IMG/VR virus record: IMGVR_UViG_3300027782_000095
Location: 1 to 58,920 of that record
Length of the DNA: 58,920 bases
Source: a virus
Taxonomy: Duplodnaviria; Caudoviricetes
Reading direction: 5' to 3' (one strand)
The translations under genes and the position numbers were made by a program. Shown here one piece after another: positions 1 to 10,429 of this stretch. The notes beneath the pieces are model-generated. The model was not told the origin of the DNA, did not search any database, and saw only the letters and a list, made by a program, of their open reading frames with translations. Each line of letters opens with the position of its first letter. Positions within the stretch are counted from its first letter, which is position 1.

Positions 1-1194
1 TCCAATCTCATGAGCATTAATAACCAAACCTGAGTTAACAGCTTCACGCTTGATAGCTTCGTTAACAAGCTTCATACCACCCAAACCAGTTTGAACAATC
101 AACTGACGTTGAGGATCTGGTCCTTTAAATTCAACCTTACCATTGAAGAAGTTGAATAATTCAGATTTAAACAAATCCAAATTGAAAGTACCACGATTAT
201 ATATACGCTTGTAAGAGTTATCTAATTGCTTCCAAAGACCCACTGATAAACGAATATCATCTGGACCATCTTGCTTAACTTTACCACCTTGTCCCCACAT
301 TAAGTAAGTTTCGATGTCATTAGCAATCTTAGTCAAATGAGCTGCTTCTAAAGTAGTCAAGAAAGAACGAGTTAATTGACCTGATTGGTATGCTTTTTTA
401 ACATAGTCCTTACCCATCTTAGAAGCCATATCTTCCAAGTTAGTAATAGAAGGATCAGGATTTTTGTCAAAGTTTCTCCAAAGTTCAATAACTGGAACTG
501 TACCATCAGCTTTCATTCCACCTTTCATCATCAAGTCAGCACGACTAGAGATTGAATAATGAACGTGAGCTTCAGCACCACCAACGTAGTTGTAGAACTC
601 TCTAAATCCTGCAGACACTGAACCAATGTCAGAGAATCTTTCGCCATACTCACCACGAGCAGAACCTTTTCTAAACACTCTTGTACCAACTGTAATGTAT
701 TTGTTGTCCAAGAATTTAGTGTTGTCGTTGTTTACCAACTGTACTGTGTATATGAAACCATCTCCTGCTGGGATAACATCATCAGCAGTGATGTACATTT
801 CCACACCATTGTACTTGTCATAAGTGATGATATCACCATGACCAAAAGAACGTTTGTTTAATTTAATCTTGAAGGTTTGACCATCAACGCCTTTAGTTGC
901 ATTCTGAGGATCAAGATCTTCAATGATGTAAGGTAAGTCCTGTGCTACAGGAATTTGCCATTTGTATTCACCACGTGCGTTGTCTACCATAATCACATTC
1001 TTACCACCAAAAGAAGACATTTGATAAAGAGGCATTTCTACCTTTTGTACCATTGCCCACAAATCAACTGGACCTAAGTCAGTTGGCTCTGCAGATTTTA
1101 GTAAGTTAGATAAGTGATATGAATCCACATGTGAACTCGTATGATACTGAGTGTCACGTAGGAATATACCATTGTTTAAAACTGGGGTTGCCAT
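1..1194 (-). CDS. Major capsid protein (crAss-like), 3' end outside the window
   Basis: Absent from the ORF track. ATG at 1194 gives MATPVLNNGIFLRDTQYHTSSHVDSYHLSNLL...GEYKWQ...FGHGDIITYDKY and the frame continues to base 1. Follows portal and scaffold-like genes, as in the crAss-like head module. Confidence 0.85.
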   Translation of the reverse strand, partial: MATPVLNNGIFLRDTQYHTSSHVDSYHLSNLLKSAEPTDLGPVDLWAMVQKVEMPLYQMSSFGGKNVIMVDNARGEYKWQIPVAQDLPYIIEDLDPQNATKGVDGQTFKIKLNKRSFGHGDIITYDKYNGVEMYITADDVIPAGDGFIYTVQLVNNDNTKFLDNKYITVGTRVFRKGSARGEYGERFSDIGSVSAGFREFYNYVGGAEAHVHYSISSRADLMMKGGMKADGTVPVIELWRNFDKNPDPSITNLEDMASKMGKDYVKKAYQSGQLTRSFLTTLEAAHLTKIANDIETYLMWGQGGKVKQDGPDDIRLSVGLWKQLDNSYKRIYNRGTFNLDLFKSELFNFFNGKVEFKGPDPQRQLIVQTGLGGMKLVNEAIKREAVNSGLVINAHEIG

Positions 1195-1225
1195 AGGGCT
1201 TAAAATTTAAGGGTTAATAAAATTA

Positions 1226-2497
1226 TTATCGTTTAAAAATATTTGTTTGTCTAGTTATTTTTTTAGGCTTATTTTGTTCTTCTTCTTCGTGATATGTAGA
1301 AATATTCTTACGAGCTTGTTCTGTCTTTAATTGTCTTACAGTTTGTTCAACTGCTGCATTCTTACCCTGTTTTTGTAAAGATTGACGATAGTCATCAGGG
1401 CTAGAAAGTAACCAAAGAGCTTCAGCAATTAATTCATAATTGGGCTCTACATATTGATACTTCTCTAAAAGATGTCCTAACAAATTAGTAGGTCTACCTG
1501 ATACAGAAGGATATTGAGGTTGAACAAGTCCTGAATAAAGAAATGCTTGAGTTTTTTTATCAAGTTTCATTCCACTTATCTCTCCAGGTCTAAGTGCTTC
1601 AAATACGTTTTGTATATATGCACTAGCTGCTTGTTCTTGTTGTTGTCTACGTTGCTCTTGTTCAGCAAGTTGTGCATGAACAATTTGTTCTTGCATTGCA
1701 TCCAACTTTGGTTTGTATTGTTTAGCTTTCTTTTCAAGAGATCCAAGATCTCTAAGAGTGGCTATTTCTTCTTCGATATCTTCAGCATCTTCTCCACGAG
1801 CTTGTAAAAAGTTTCTTATAATAAGCTCTTGATCATAATCATCATTAGGATCAAGCTCTCTCACTTGTTCTGTTTGAGCTAAAGCTTGAAATAGTCCTTT
1901 AAGATCTTGACCACCATCTGCTACATACTTAGCAGCATATTGAAGTTCTTCTGGAAGACTCTTAAAAAATTCAGCAGGTGTTTGAGAAGCCACTTCACTT
2001 TTAAGATTATCAACATTAGCTTTCCATAGTTCATCTACATCTTTTTCAGATAGATTTCCTAAGTATTCATCTAACGATTGTTTCTTTTCATCATAGTCAT
2101 CAAATGCAAACATTTCATTTGATTCTATTCTTTTCTTTAGAAACTCAACCAATCCAGACTTTTCTGTTTTTGGTCTTCCTTTTTTAGGAGTATCATCTTC
2201 TTCTAGCTCATCTGTAATGTCGCCATCCAAAATGTCACTTAGAATTTCTTTAGCTTGTTCTTTAGATACTAGCTTTTCTTTAATATCACTTTCCTCGTCA
2301 CCTGTTAAAGGTTTATCAAGAGCAGAAGGTTTATCTAAGAAAGTAAGATCTGTTGTGTTTTTACTGAATAGATTTGGTTTTGCTTCTTCTTTAGAAGGAG
2401 TGACAATACTGTCAGCACCAGGAGCTCCTAACCAGCTATCAATATCTACATCTATTTGTTGTACAGAAGTCTGTACATTTGTTTGATTTTCAGCCAT
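1226..2497 (-). CDS. Acidic coiled-coil head protein / putative scaffold
   Basis: 423 aa, very D/E/Q-rich and helical; lies between portal and major capsid. Confidence 0.6.
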   Translation of the reverse strand: MAENQTNVQTSVQQIDVDIDSWLGAPGADSIVTPSKEEAKPNLFSKNTTDLTFLDKPSALDKPLTGDEESDIKEKLVSKEQAKEILSDILDGDITDELEEDDTPKKGRPKTEKSGLVEFLKKRIESNEMFAFDDYDEKKQSLDEYLGNLSEKDVDELWKANVDNLKSEVASQTPAEFFKSLPEELQYAAKYVADGGQDLKGLFQALAQTEQVRELDPNDDYDQELIIRNFLQARGEDAEDIEEEIATLRDLGSLEKKAKQYKPKLDAMQEQIVHAQLAEQEQRRQQQEQAASAYIQNVFEALRPGEISGMKLDKKTQAFLYSGLVQPQYPSVSGRPTNLLGHLLEKYQYVEPNYELIAEALWLLSSPDDYRQSLQKQGKNAAVEQTVRQLKTEQARKNISTYHEEEEQNKPKKITRQTNIFKR

Positions 2498-2533
2498 AAT
2501 ATATATTGGTTTTTTATGTGTATCTCTACATTA

Positions 2534-2542
2534 ATAATATAC
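2534..2542 (-). promoter_or_regulatory. Putative phage promoter core GTATATTAT (scaffold/capsid operon)
   Basis: The same 9-mer occurs ahead of other operons (12975-12983 minus, 39153-39161 minus, 19829-19837 plus). Confidence 0.5.
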
Positions 2543-2594
2543 TAATTTAAACTCTAAAAATTTACAAAATCTTTTTAAATCACACCTAAGCTAT

Positions 2595-2614
2595 GGATAA
2601 TAGAGCTATAACTA
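2595..2614 (-). repeat. 20-bp repeat TAGTTATAGCTCTATTATCC, copy 1
   Basis: Exact reverse complement of 19791-19810. Confidence 0.85.
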
Positions 2615-2616
2615 TT

Positions 2617-5364
2617 CTATTTCTTTTTAGCAGATCCAGGCTTATCATATTTATTCTTATTTTCTTTAGCTATTTGAAGTTGTTTATTAGCTATATCTTT
2701 TTGAGTTTGAATCTTTTGTCTTTCTACATCTAGTTTATCATCTGATTGTTGTTTTTCTACAAGGTGGGTTTCCCTTTTAAGATTCATTTCATCTTGATAA
2801 CGTTGATCATCTTGAATCTTAGCCAAAGCATCCACATAATCAGATTGCTGGTTTTGGTTAATATCCACTCCTGCACCATACCCTGCAGCTCTAATTTCAG
2901 CCACAGTGATGTTAGTGTCTCTATCTTTTTGAGATTCATCAGATTTAAATTGCATTTGCATTTGCAATTGTTTCTCTTGAGATTGTAACTGCTCTTGTTG
3001 CATTTGTTGTTGATGCTGTTGTTCTTGTTGTTTTTGTTGCAGCATCTTCTCTTCTGTACCTTTAAGAACACCTGTAAGCTCAGCAATAGACTCTGATTTA
3101 ATAATATTACCAAGATCAAATATAGAAGCACCACTAGTGTTATTCTGTATAGCTAGTTGTTTAAGCTGTTCCATAATAGCACGAGAATTAGTTTTAGTAG
3201 AACAGAAGATGTTAAGATCTCTCATAAGAAGATCTGTACCATTCATTTCAAAGTTCATCTTTTCATCAGCTGTAGTGATGTATTGAAGACGTACACTAGG
3301 TTTCTTAGAATGATAATACTGTGCTAAGTCAGTTCTCATTTGGTGTACACGAGGCATTAAGTTATCACTATGCTGTATAAAGTATTGTTCTGTCTGTGCA
3401 TAAGAAGCATTCATAGCTTGTTCTATACCTGTAGCAGTTTGTTGCTGAGCTATCTGCATTCCCATACGTTGCTCATTCAATCCTATTACAGCAAACGCTT
3501 GTTGTTTAAAATAGTTACCTAATTGTATCCTAGACATTAAACGTTGAGTTTGTTCTAGGTTTAACACTTGATAATGTTGGAAGTTAAGAGCATTCTCTGT
3601 ATTGGTGATTGAAGTATCCAATGGTAACATTTGAAAGTTCTTCATAGCAACATAAGCTTTAGCCAGATTATTTTTACCCCAATCTTCTCCTAATGAGTGA
3701 CGAGGTAAAGCATTCTGGTCTAACATAATCACTGTGCCTAGTTCATCAACCAAGATGTCTGCTATTTGATTATTTACTATGTTAAAACCAATTTGATATG
3801 GTTTCATAAGATCTACAAGACTCACTGAACGTGTGTTTCTATCTCCAAACACTGATCCTTCTACAGGAAGCTTACATCCATAAAGTGTTTGATCTCCTTT
3901 AAATTGGAAAGGAATTCTACCTGGCTTACCTCCTTGTAACCCAAGATAGATGGGATTGATACCCCCTGGGTTATTTACACCCCAAAATGCAGGTCTATTT
4001 GGTCCTATCTTCACACCACCCCATGTTTCATTAATCCATATCCAATCAATATGGTCCCCATATATAAGATTATCTTTAGTTTTTTGTTTATATACAGCTG
4101 TGTTATACATAGGTTTATCAACCATTTTATAATCTTCTGTAATAACTTCTTGAATTATTTCCCCATCTTCAGTGATTTTAGTAAGATGGCCCACTTTCCT
4201 TTGACTTTTCCAATAACAATGTGTAACACGAAGCATATGAGATTTACCAAAGTCTTGAAGATCTTCACTATCAGATAGGATCCACTCAGCAATATCACCA
4301 GTGCCAAACTTAGCATCATATAAAGAAGTAAACTGCCTATAAGCAAGTGAAGGAAGTTGAGTGTTCCACTCATGAGATCTTGTAGGGTCATAATATGTAC
4401 CATCATTTTGATATCCAGAAACTGCATAACCTGCAGAACGTACAGGATAGATAACTTCAAGAGCTTCTAATTGATCTTGAGTCATCATCCATCCATACTT
4501 ATCTAATACGTCTGATACAGACATCATATCAATCTTACCCACCCAGTTACCCTGAGATATGTAACGTACATCTGGGCTCTTATGGTAGAATGTAAGTAAT
4601 GGATTCCATAATTCTAATTCATAATCTTCTTCGCCTAAAGCAAAATGCCAAAACTCTCTATCAGTGATGAGCATATCTCTAAAAGCTCTTTCTTCTAGTT
4701 CTTGCATTTTAAATCTTTCATCATCCACTCTCATTTGGTGAGTGGCCCATTGTTCTATCATAGAACGATAGTCCTTATTAAAATAAGCTTGTATTTCTGG
4801 AAGTGTTTTAAGTTTTTCAGGAGATGATTCTTGCTGAGCTTGTTCAGAATTTAAATCAAGTCCCATCTCAGTCATCTTAGCCATTATTTTATTTTTGGCA
4901 TCATCAAGCAAAGCATCTTCAATCATTTGCCTTTTCATATCAAGCATCTCATTATAAGACTGATCATCTACAGCTCTAAACATTATTCTTGAAGTTCTCT
5001 TAGAGAATTCATTTGTAAGAACGTTTACAACGCTAGGAATAATAGGATAGAATTTAAGCTCTAAAGCTGATGCATCCTCTTTTGTAAGTGTGTCTATAAG
5101 ATCAGCCATCTCATTATTTTCCTCCACTATATAATCAGTGCGATCAATAATACCTTTAGCTAATTTATAGTTTTTCATTAGACGTCTTGCATTACGTCTA
5201 AGTTGTTTCATTCCCTGAAACTCTAACCAGTCAAGATTCCATGCTCTCCACTGATCATCTTTATCAGCTTGTGGTAGAAATTGAATAGGTTGCGTAAGCA
5301 CACCCATCTTGTGGTATTCTACTTTCTTTCCAGCTTTAAGGTCTAATGCGTTATATACTTGCAT
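2617..5364 (-). CDS. Portal protein
   Basis: 915 aa; crAss-like portal features (YPIIPSVVNVL, SLVDLMKPYQ, Q-rich C-terminal coiled coil); directly downstream of terL. Confidence 0.85.
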   Translation of the reverse strand: MQVYNALDLKAGKKVEYHKMGVLTQPIQFLPQADKDDQWRAWNLDWLEFQGMKQLRRNARRLMKNYKLAKGIIDRTDYIVEENNEMADLIDTLTKEDASALELKFYPIIPSVVNVLTNEFSKRTSRIMFRAVDDQSYNEMLDMKRQMIEDALLDDAKNKIMAKMTEMGLDLNSEQAQQESSPEKLKTLPEIQAYFNKDYRSMIEQWATHQMRVDDERFKMQELEERAFRDMLITDREFWHFALGEEDYELELWNPLLTFYHKSPDVRYISQGNWVGKIDMMSVSDVLDKYGWMMTQDQLEALEVIYPVRSAGYAVSGYQNDGTYYDPTRSHEWNTQLPSLAYRQFTSLYDAKFGTGDIAEWILSDSEDLQDFGKSHMLRVTHCYWKSQRKVGHLTKITEDGEIIQEVITEDYKMVDKPMYNTAVYKQKTKDNLIYGDHIDWIWINETWGGVKIGPNRPAFWGVNNPGGINPIYLGLQGGKPGRIPFQFKGDQTLYGCKLPVEGSVFGDRNTRSVSLVDLMKPYQIGFNIVNNQIADILVDELGTVIMLDQNALPRHSLGEDWGKNNLAKAYVAMKNFQMLPLDTSITNTENALNFQHYQVLNLEQTQRLMSRIQLGNYFKQQAFAVIGLNEQRMGMQIAQQQTATGIEQAMNASYAQTEQYFIQHSDNLMPRVHQMRTDLAQYYHSKKPSVRLQYITTADEKMNFEMNGTDLLMRDLNIFCSTKTNSRAIMEQLKQLAIQNNTSGASIFDLGNIIKSESIAELTGVLKGTEEKMLQQKQQEQQHQQQMQQEQLQSQEKQLQMQMQFKSDESQKDRDTNITVAEIRAAGYGAGVDINQNQQSDYVDALAKIQDDQRYQDEMNLKRETHLVEKQQSDDKLDVERQKIQTQKDIANKQLQIAKENKNKYDKPGSAKKK

Positions 5365-5369
5365 GATTA

Positions 5370-5519
5370 TTAATTAGTTAGGGTAATATATTCATAGTTA
5401 ACATAGGTGACATCTCTTGGTCCTGTTGTATTTGTAAATATAAAAGTTCCAGCATTCCAATCTGTAATAGAAATTGTTATGCTATCTGATGTTTTTAAAG
5501 GGACTTCTTGGTTGTGCAT
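5370..5519 (-). CDS. Small hypothetical protein (49 aa) overlapping the terL 3' end
   Basis: Manual translation MHNQEVPLKTSDSITISITDWNAGTFIFTNTTGPRDVTYVNYEYITLTN; fills the terL-portal gap. Confidence 0.45.
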   Translation of the reverse strand: MHNQEVPLKTSDSITISITDWNAGTFIFTNTTGPRDVTYVNYEYITLTN

Positions 5520-7689
5520 ACACTGAAGGTTTAAGTTTTGATTGACCCATGTGTCTAAAGGGGCCCCAATTTAATTTACTAATTTTTTGGCTATTTGCCA
5601 AGTTTTCTTTATTGGTCTCAATACGTTTAGATAGGCCTCTATTAGATTGTTGCACTTTAGCAAAAGCTATAAGAGCACAGAATGCTACAAGTCTATCCAC
5701 ATTGACACCTTCTCTATAAGCCTGCATTTCTTTTAGAAGCATGGGATCTGGTATTCTTTCCACCCCATAAATGGTTTTTACAATGGTTCCATCTGGTAGA
5801 GTTTCATTGTCAAGTTCTTCTTTAAGAAATTCAATACCATAAGATAGAAGGTTTCCTTTAAATAATGTACCCACATTCTTCCAGCCATATTCTTGAAACA
5901 CATTTCTATTAGCTCCTATATCTTTTAAGAATAATATCATATCTTTAGGAACCAAGTATTTTTGTCTCTTTCTAGATATCATATACTGTATAAATAAAGC
6001 TACGTTATTTTCCACAATTGTCCAAGCATTATACCACTCTATAAGAAGTTCTAGTCTTTCATGGGTTTTATTAATGTCATCAAATCTTCCACACCAGCTA
6101 GCCACTAAGCCATCTCGTTCTATAGAATTTTCTACATCTCCATTACCATTGTCTTTAATAACCTCTACAGCATTTTTGTAAACATATATAGCACATAAAG
6201 AATCAGAAGTGGTTGTTTTACCTTCTCCTACAGGATCTACAGAGGCATAATACATTCCAAATGAAGGATTGGGGTGAGGTCTTTCATATACACATATTAC
6301 ACCTTCTTTATCTTCTGTTCTCTTAGAAATAGGAAATTCCATTATAGGAATCTTTCTGGATTGCTTATCTATAATCTTTCCTTCAGCATTTCTAGAAAGC
6401 TCAAGATATTCCACTCCATAGTTTTTATCACTAATACGTTGTAATTGTTTAGATACTAAGTGTGGAGGGAATACACTTATCTTACGTGTAGCAAAAGCTT
6501 CTTCTATAGTACGAGGATGCTGAGATATTGTAAGCTGGTAAGCAGCTGGATCCATGTTCTTCTTAGATTTTTCAAACTCTTCGTCAAGAGCAACTAAAGC
6601 TTCTTCCACTTTAGAGTTACCATATCCATCTATATAAGGAGGCATAGACCACTGTTCTGGTATAAATAATCCTGTTTTACCTATACTACCATCTCCATCT
6701 AAAAGATTTGATTCCACTGCATAGAATCCATTTTCTTCTGGATGTATGATGTATTCTTTAAGAGGTTCACATTGATCAAGATCACCTACAGATCCTGCAG
6801 CAATAAACTGTCCTGTGATGATATGGCCTGATTTAAGGGCTGGTTTCATAAACCCATAGGTGTCATTCATCTTAGGAGCAATACCCCCCTCCTCATGAAA
6901 GAAATACGTTACAGGTCCACCCACACCATTGGTTGGATCTTTTTCAAAAGAGTAAGAGTTAATTGTAGATTTTAATCCTCTATAAGTATCACGATTATTT
7001 ATTCTCACTTTAATTTGCTGTTGCCATGCTCCCACCTTATCTGGCTCAGCTGGTCTATACCAAGCAGTGTGTTCATTTAAGAAGTTTTTGTATTCATTAA
7101 GAAACTTCCAAGATCCTTTCTCATTTATATAATCTTTTAGACTTGCTCCTATCTTTAACACAGCACCTTCTTCAAACCAATATTGATTAAGTAGTTTAGC
7201 CATGTGGAAATAAGAAGAAGCTATCTGACGTTTCTTTAAAATAATAGCATGCTTATAATGAAGTTCTCCTAAAATTTCATAGAGAGCCATGTGATACTGA
7301 GCATCCCTGACTTTTGCAAAATCAAATCTTTTTTCTTCTTTATCATAGATTGGCAAGAAATTAAGCCACATATAATAGTCTCTAGATAGATACCAAGTGT
7401 AATCTCCACTATGAATAATAATGCCAGTGCGACATTTGTTTTTTTGATCATCCCAATATGTTATAAAGTCTTTACTCTTTAATGGGGCATGACAATAATA
7501 TCCTTGCTTTTGAAACTTACGTCCTTCAGCATTGAACATTAAACTGTCTTCATTAAATTCATACTTACCAGGTTCTTTAAACAATGGTAATAGAAAGTCT
7601 CTGAATTCTTCTCTTGTAGGAAATTCAGTGACAGACCATTGGCCATCTTTGTATGTAGGTACTTCTATAAAGTTACTTGATTTCTCCAC
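5482..7689 (-). CDS. terL: Terminase large subunit
   Basis: LKKRQIASSY Walker-A-like motif, FFHEEGG Walker B, RNase-H-type nuclease motifs (ASVDPVG, VENN, VDRLVA). Confidence 0.9.
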   Translation of the reverse strand: MEKSSNFIEVPTYKDGQWSVTEFPTREEFRDFLLPLFKEPGKYEFNEDSLMFNAEGRKFQKQGYYCHAPLKSKDFITYWDDQKNKCRTGIIIHSGDYTWYLSRDYYMWLNFLPIYDKEEKRFDFAKVRDAQYHMALYEILGELHYKHAIILKKRQIASSYFHMAKLLNQYWFEEGAVLKIGASLKDYINEKGSWKFLNEYKNFLNEHTAWYRPAEPDKVGAWQQQIKVRINNRDTYRGLKSTINSYSFEKDPTNGVGGPVTYFFHEEGGIAPKMNDTYGFMKPALKSGHIITGQFIAAGSVGDLDQCEPLKEYIIHPEENGFYAVESNLLDGDGSIGKTGLFIPEQWSMPPYIDGYGNSKVEEALVALDEEFEKSKKNMDPAAYQLTISQHPRTIEEAFATRKISVFPPHLVSKQLQRISDKNYGVEYLELSRNAEGKIIDKQSRKIPIMEFPISKRTEDKEGVICVYERPHPNPSFGMYYASVDPVGEGKTTTSDSLCAIYVYKNAVEVIKDNGNGDVENSIERDGLVASWCGRFDDINKTHERLELLIEWYNAWTIVENNVALFIQYMISRKRQKYLVPKDMILFLKDIGANRNVFQEYGWKNVGTLFKGNLLSYGIEFLKEELDNETLPDGTIVKTIYGVERIPDPMLLKEMQAYREGVNVDRLVAFCALIAFAKVQQSNRGLSKRIETNKENLANSQKISKLNWGPFRHMGQSKLKPSVYAQPRSPFKNIR

Positions 7690-7957
7690 GTGTAATATCT
7701 TCTATAATATCTATGTCACCTTTACTCTTATGTAAAAGGTCTAATAATGTATTTAGATGTTTACTTCTAAGAACACCTGCATGTTTATAATCATTCCAAT
7801 ACTCATTGTATGTTTCACGTGGAACAGCTGCCCACTGTTCATTAGTTGAATTATAATGAAATACCCAATCTTCTAAATAAGCTAAATCAGCTGGTTTATA
7901 ATAAGGTTCTTCGTCTTGATAAACTTCTTGTTTCATATTATTTGTTTTATTGATCAT
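7673..7957 (-). CDS. Hypothetical protein
   Basis: 94 aa ORF overlapping both neighbours. Confidence 0.6.
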   Translation of the reverse strand: MINKTNNMKQEVYQDEEPYYKPADLAYLEDWVFHYNSTNEQWAAVPRETYNEYWNDYKHAGVLRSKHLNTLLDLLHKSKGDIDIIEDITRGEIK

Positions 7958-8459
7958 ATGCTAAGTTTTGTCCACCTCTTACAGATGATTGTTGTTCTTC
8001 CATAAGATCTTTATACACTCCTTTAAATGATTGTCTCACTGCATCATACTTCTCTGCCATTCTGAGAAGTGCAGGACTAGATCCATCTCTACCAAATGTA
8101 AGTTGTTCTGTTGCCATACTTTTAGCCATATTATCTAAAAATATTTTTATCCCAAGATATGCTCTGTATGTAGGAGTTTGATAGAGTTGTTCACATCTCT
8201 TTAACCCAGCCACTATAAGATCATCATCAACACTAAAGTCAGCATCTATTTCTTTTAAGATGATACTTTCTTTATCTGTTTCTTGTATATCAAAGAAAGG
8301 ATTCATATCTGGATTGGGGCAAGTCATATAAAAAAAGTAGGCATATATAGTGAGATGATCATCTGGGTGAACATCCATTATATCTTTAAGAAACTTTAAT
8401 GTGTAACAGTGTTCACTAGGAATCACTTTACCATTACTTACATCAAATAATCTAATCAT
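7947..8459 (-). CDS. Helical protein upstream of terL, possible terminase small subunit
   Basis: 170 aa, helical C-terminus ending ...VRGG...; assignment is positional only. Confidence 0.4.
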   Translation of the reverse strand: MIRLFDVSNGKVIPSEHCYTLKFLKDIMDVHPDDHLTIYAYFFYMTCPNPDMNPFFDIQETDKESIILKEIDADFSVDDDLIVAGLKRCEQLYQTPTYRAYLGIKIFLDNMAKSMATEQLTFGRDGSSPALLRMAEKYDAVRQSFKGVYKDLMEEQQSSVRGGQNLAYDQ

Positions 8460-8730
8460 TTTTTTCTTCTTTTAAAAAGTCCATGTTACGTTTTGCATTA
8501 GGTGGAATCTTTTTTACTATTTCATCTAGTCTTTCACAATCCCATCCTTCTCCATTCATTGGGTTTCCCCATATCCTTACATCATCAGAATAAAAATGTT
8601 TAATAACACCTTTGGGTAGTCTCACTACCCACACAGTGTTTATATTAATTCCATAATCTATAATAAACATGGCTTCTCCATCACCTAATGGTGTATGGAC
8701 TTCTACTGTTGGGTTTAGTTGTAATATCAT
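8452..8730 (-). CDS. Hypothetical protein
   Basis: 92 aa in a tightly packed operon. Confidence 0.6.
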   Translation of the reverse strand: MILQLNPTVEVHTPLGDGEAMFIIDYGININTVWVVRLPKGVIKHFYSDDVRIWGNPMNGEGWDCERLDEIVKKIPPNAKRNMDFLKEEKND

Positions 8731-8731
8731 T

Positions 8732-8968
8732 TTATCCTAATAAACTTCTATTTTGTAATAAATCTCTTTTAGCTGATGTCATAGACATGCCTCTTAAAAA
8801 GGCTTGGTTTTTTAATTCATTATCATGTATCCATGATATGATGTTCTTTCTTTTATGGTCTTCACTCATATAGCATTTTCTTGCTGTGCCAGCAGGAACA
8901 ATGTCCCCATTAACATACAAGTCTAGTATTTCTGCTATTGTAAGTATATTATTTTCCTGAGTATTCAT
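8732..8968 (-). CDS. Hypothetical protein
   Basis: 78 aa in a tightly packed operon. Confidence 0.5.
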   Translation of the reverse strand: MNTQENNILTIAEILDLYVNGDIVPAGTARKCYMSEDHKRKNIISWIHDNELKNQAFLRGMSMTSAKRDLLQNRSLLG

Positions 8969-9602
8969 AGTCTAAAATTTTACCCACTAGATCACTCCTG
9001 TGGTTATGTTTTAATTTAATCCATTTAATTCCATCAATCTTTTTAGAAAGATCAATAGCATAACTAAGTCCATTAAAGTCATCTTTAATATCCTTTTGTT
9101 CATTATCGCCATTGATTATAATCCTACCATTCTTTCCAAGACGTGTAAGTAGTGCAAGCATTTCTGCCTTAGTCAAATTTTGGGCTTCTTCCACCACAAG
9201 TACATCGTCAATAGTTTTGCCACGTATAAACTGTACAGGTAGTGCAATGACTTTTTTATCTTTGATAAGATCATCAATTTTAGTTTTATTATAACACTTA
9301 ATAAGGTTTTCTTGAAAGGCTTCCAAATATGGGTTGAACTTTTCATCCAAGCTCCCAGGCAAAAAGCCAAGAGAATGACCAACTTCAACAGCTGCACGTG
9401 TAACATATATGTTGTCATATTCTTTTTTGAATATAAAGTCAAGAGCTGTTTGAGCTGATACAAGACTCTTACCACAGCCTGCTCTACCTGTTATCACCAC
9501 TATTTGATTTTCTCTTATTAGTCTTTTAGCTTCTTTCTGTTCATCATTAAGAGTGATTTCATATTTAATTTCACTTTTTAAAACTTTTTTCTTTTGTTCC
9601 AT
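8949..9602 (-). CDS. phoH: PhoH-family ATPase
   Basis: GRAGCGKS, LGFLPG, FIRGKT, VEEAQN, LTRLG, GDNEQKD and HRS motifs. Confidence 0.93.
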   Translation of the reverse strand: MEQKKKVLKSEIKYEITLNDEQKEAKRLIRENQIVVITGRAGCGKSLVSAQTALDFIFKKEYDNIYVTRAAVEVGHSLGFLPGSLDEKFNPYLEAFQENLIKCYNKTKIDDLIKDKKVIALPVQFIRGKTIDDVLVVEEAQNLTKAEMLALLTRLGKNGRIIINGDNEQKDIKDDFNGLSYAIDLSKKIDGIKWIKLKHNHRSDLVGKILDYEYSGK

Positions 9603-10429
9603 TAATGTGATTTTAATTTATGTTTGTTATCTTCTAACCAGTGTATAAGAGCTATTGCTTCTTCTTTTAAATAGGGAAGGTCATATTGTATTAGATCAAG
9701 GACAATAGGATTACCATCAGTATCAAGAGCAGATATAGGATTGTCAAACCTATCGCGTCCTGCCTCCTCAAACAATATGTGATGAATTGTGAGAACACCA
9801 GGATTAAGTTTAGGGTTATGCTTAAGAATAATAAACAAATACATACTAAGCTGAAGAGCATAGTGATTAAGATGACAATCATCAAGATGACTGAGAGGAT
9901 AAGACATTTTTTGTGTCTTTCCTTCCCAATTAGTAAATCCTTCAACTTTAATTTCTTTATTAGTTTTATAATCTGTTATATGAACTTTACCATCTACCAC
10001 TTCCACAAGATCAGACTGACCACATACACCTGCTGAACGAAGGTACACCATGTGTTCTGGATAGATGCCTTCTTTAAGCTTTTGTTCTGGAGAATATTTT
10101 ATTCCTTCCACTTCAATAGGTTTAAACACTGGCACTGTTACACCATGTCTTTCCATATCTCCTATTTGACACAAGTCATTCTCTCTTTGATTATGATACC
10201 ATGTGCCAAGATCTGTAGCACGTTTAGCTTCTGACTTCCAAGCTTCTTTAATTTCTGCAGGTGTCATTCCATACCACTTACTCTTTTTACTTTTAGCCAC
10301 TTTAGATGCTATAGTTTCTGCATCAAATGGTTGTTTAAATTGTGATATTAAACTAGTGACACTTAACCAATCAATACCATCTTCACTTGTATATTTGTGA
10401 TTGTGAGGTGTAAATTTTAATCCACTCAT
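9602..10429 (-). CDS. PD-(D/E)XK exonuclease
   Basis: SVTSLI, GTWYH, GQSDLV...ITDYKT and YALQLSMY motifs; probable start MSGLKF at 10429. Confidence 0.8.
   Translation of the reverse strand: MSGLKFTPHNHKYTSEDGIDWLSVTSLISQFKQPFDAETIASKVAKSKKSKWYGMTPAEIKEAWKSEAKRATDLGTWYHNQRENDLCQIGDMERHGVTVPVFKPIEVEGIKYSPEQKLKEGIYPEHMVYLRSAGVCGQSDLVEVVDGKVHITDYKTNKEIKVEGFTNWEGKTQKMSYPLSHLDDCHLNHYALQLSMYLFIILKHNPKLNPGVLTIHHILFEEAGRDRFDNPISALDTDGNPIVLDLIQYDLPYLKEEAIALIHWLEDNKHKLKSH

Noticed and set aside
5482-7689. Introns or inteins in terL (also considered for PolB, DnaB and primase)
   Set aside because: The ORFs are uninterrupted and of normal size, with no intein C...HN motifs noticed.
8949-9602. PhoH as a novel auxiliary metabolic gene
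   Set aside because: Common in aquatic phages; listed as a feature only.
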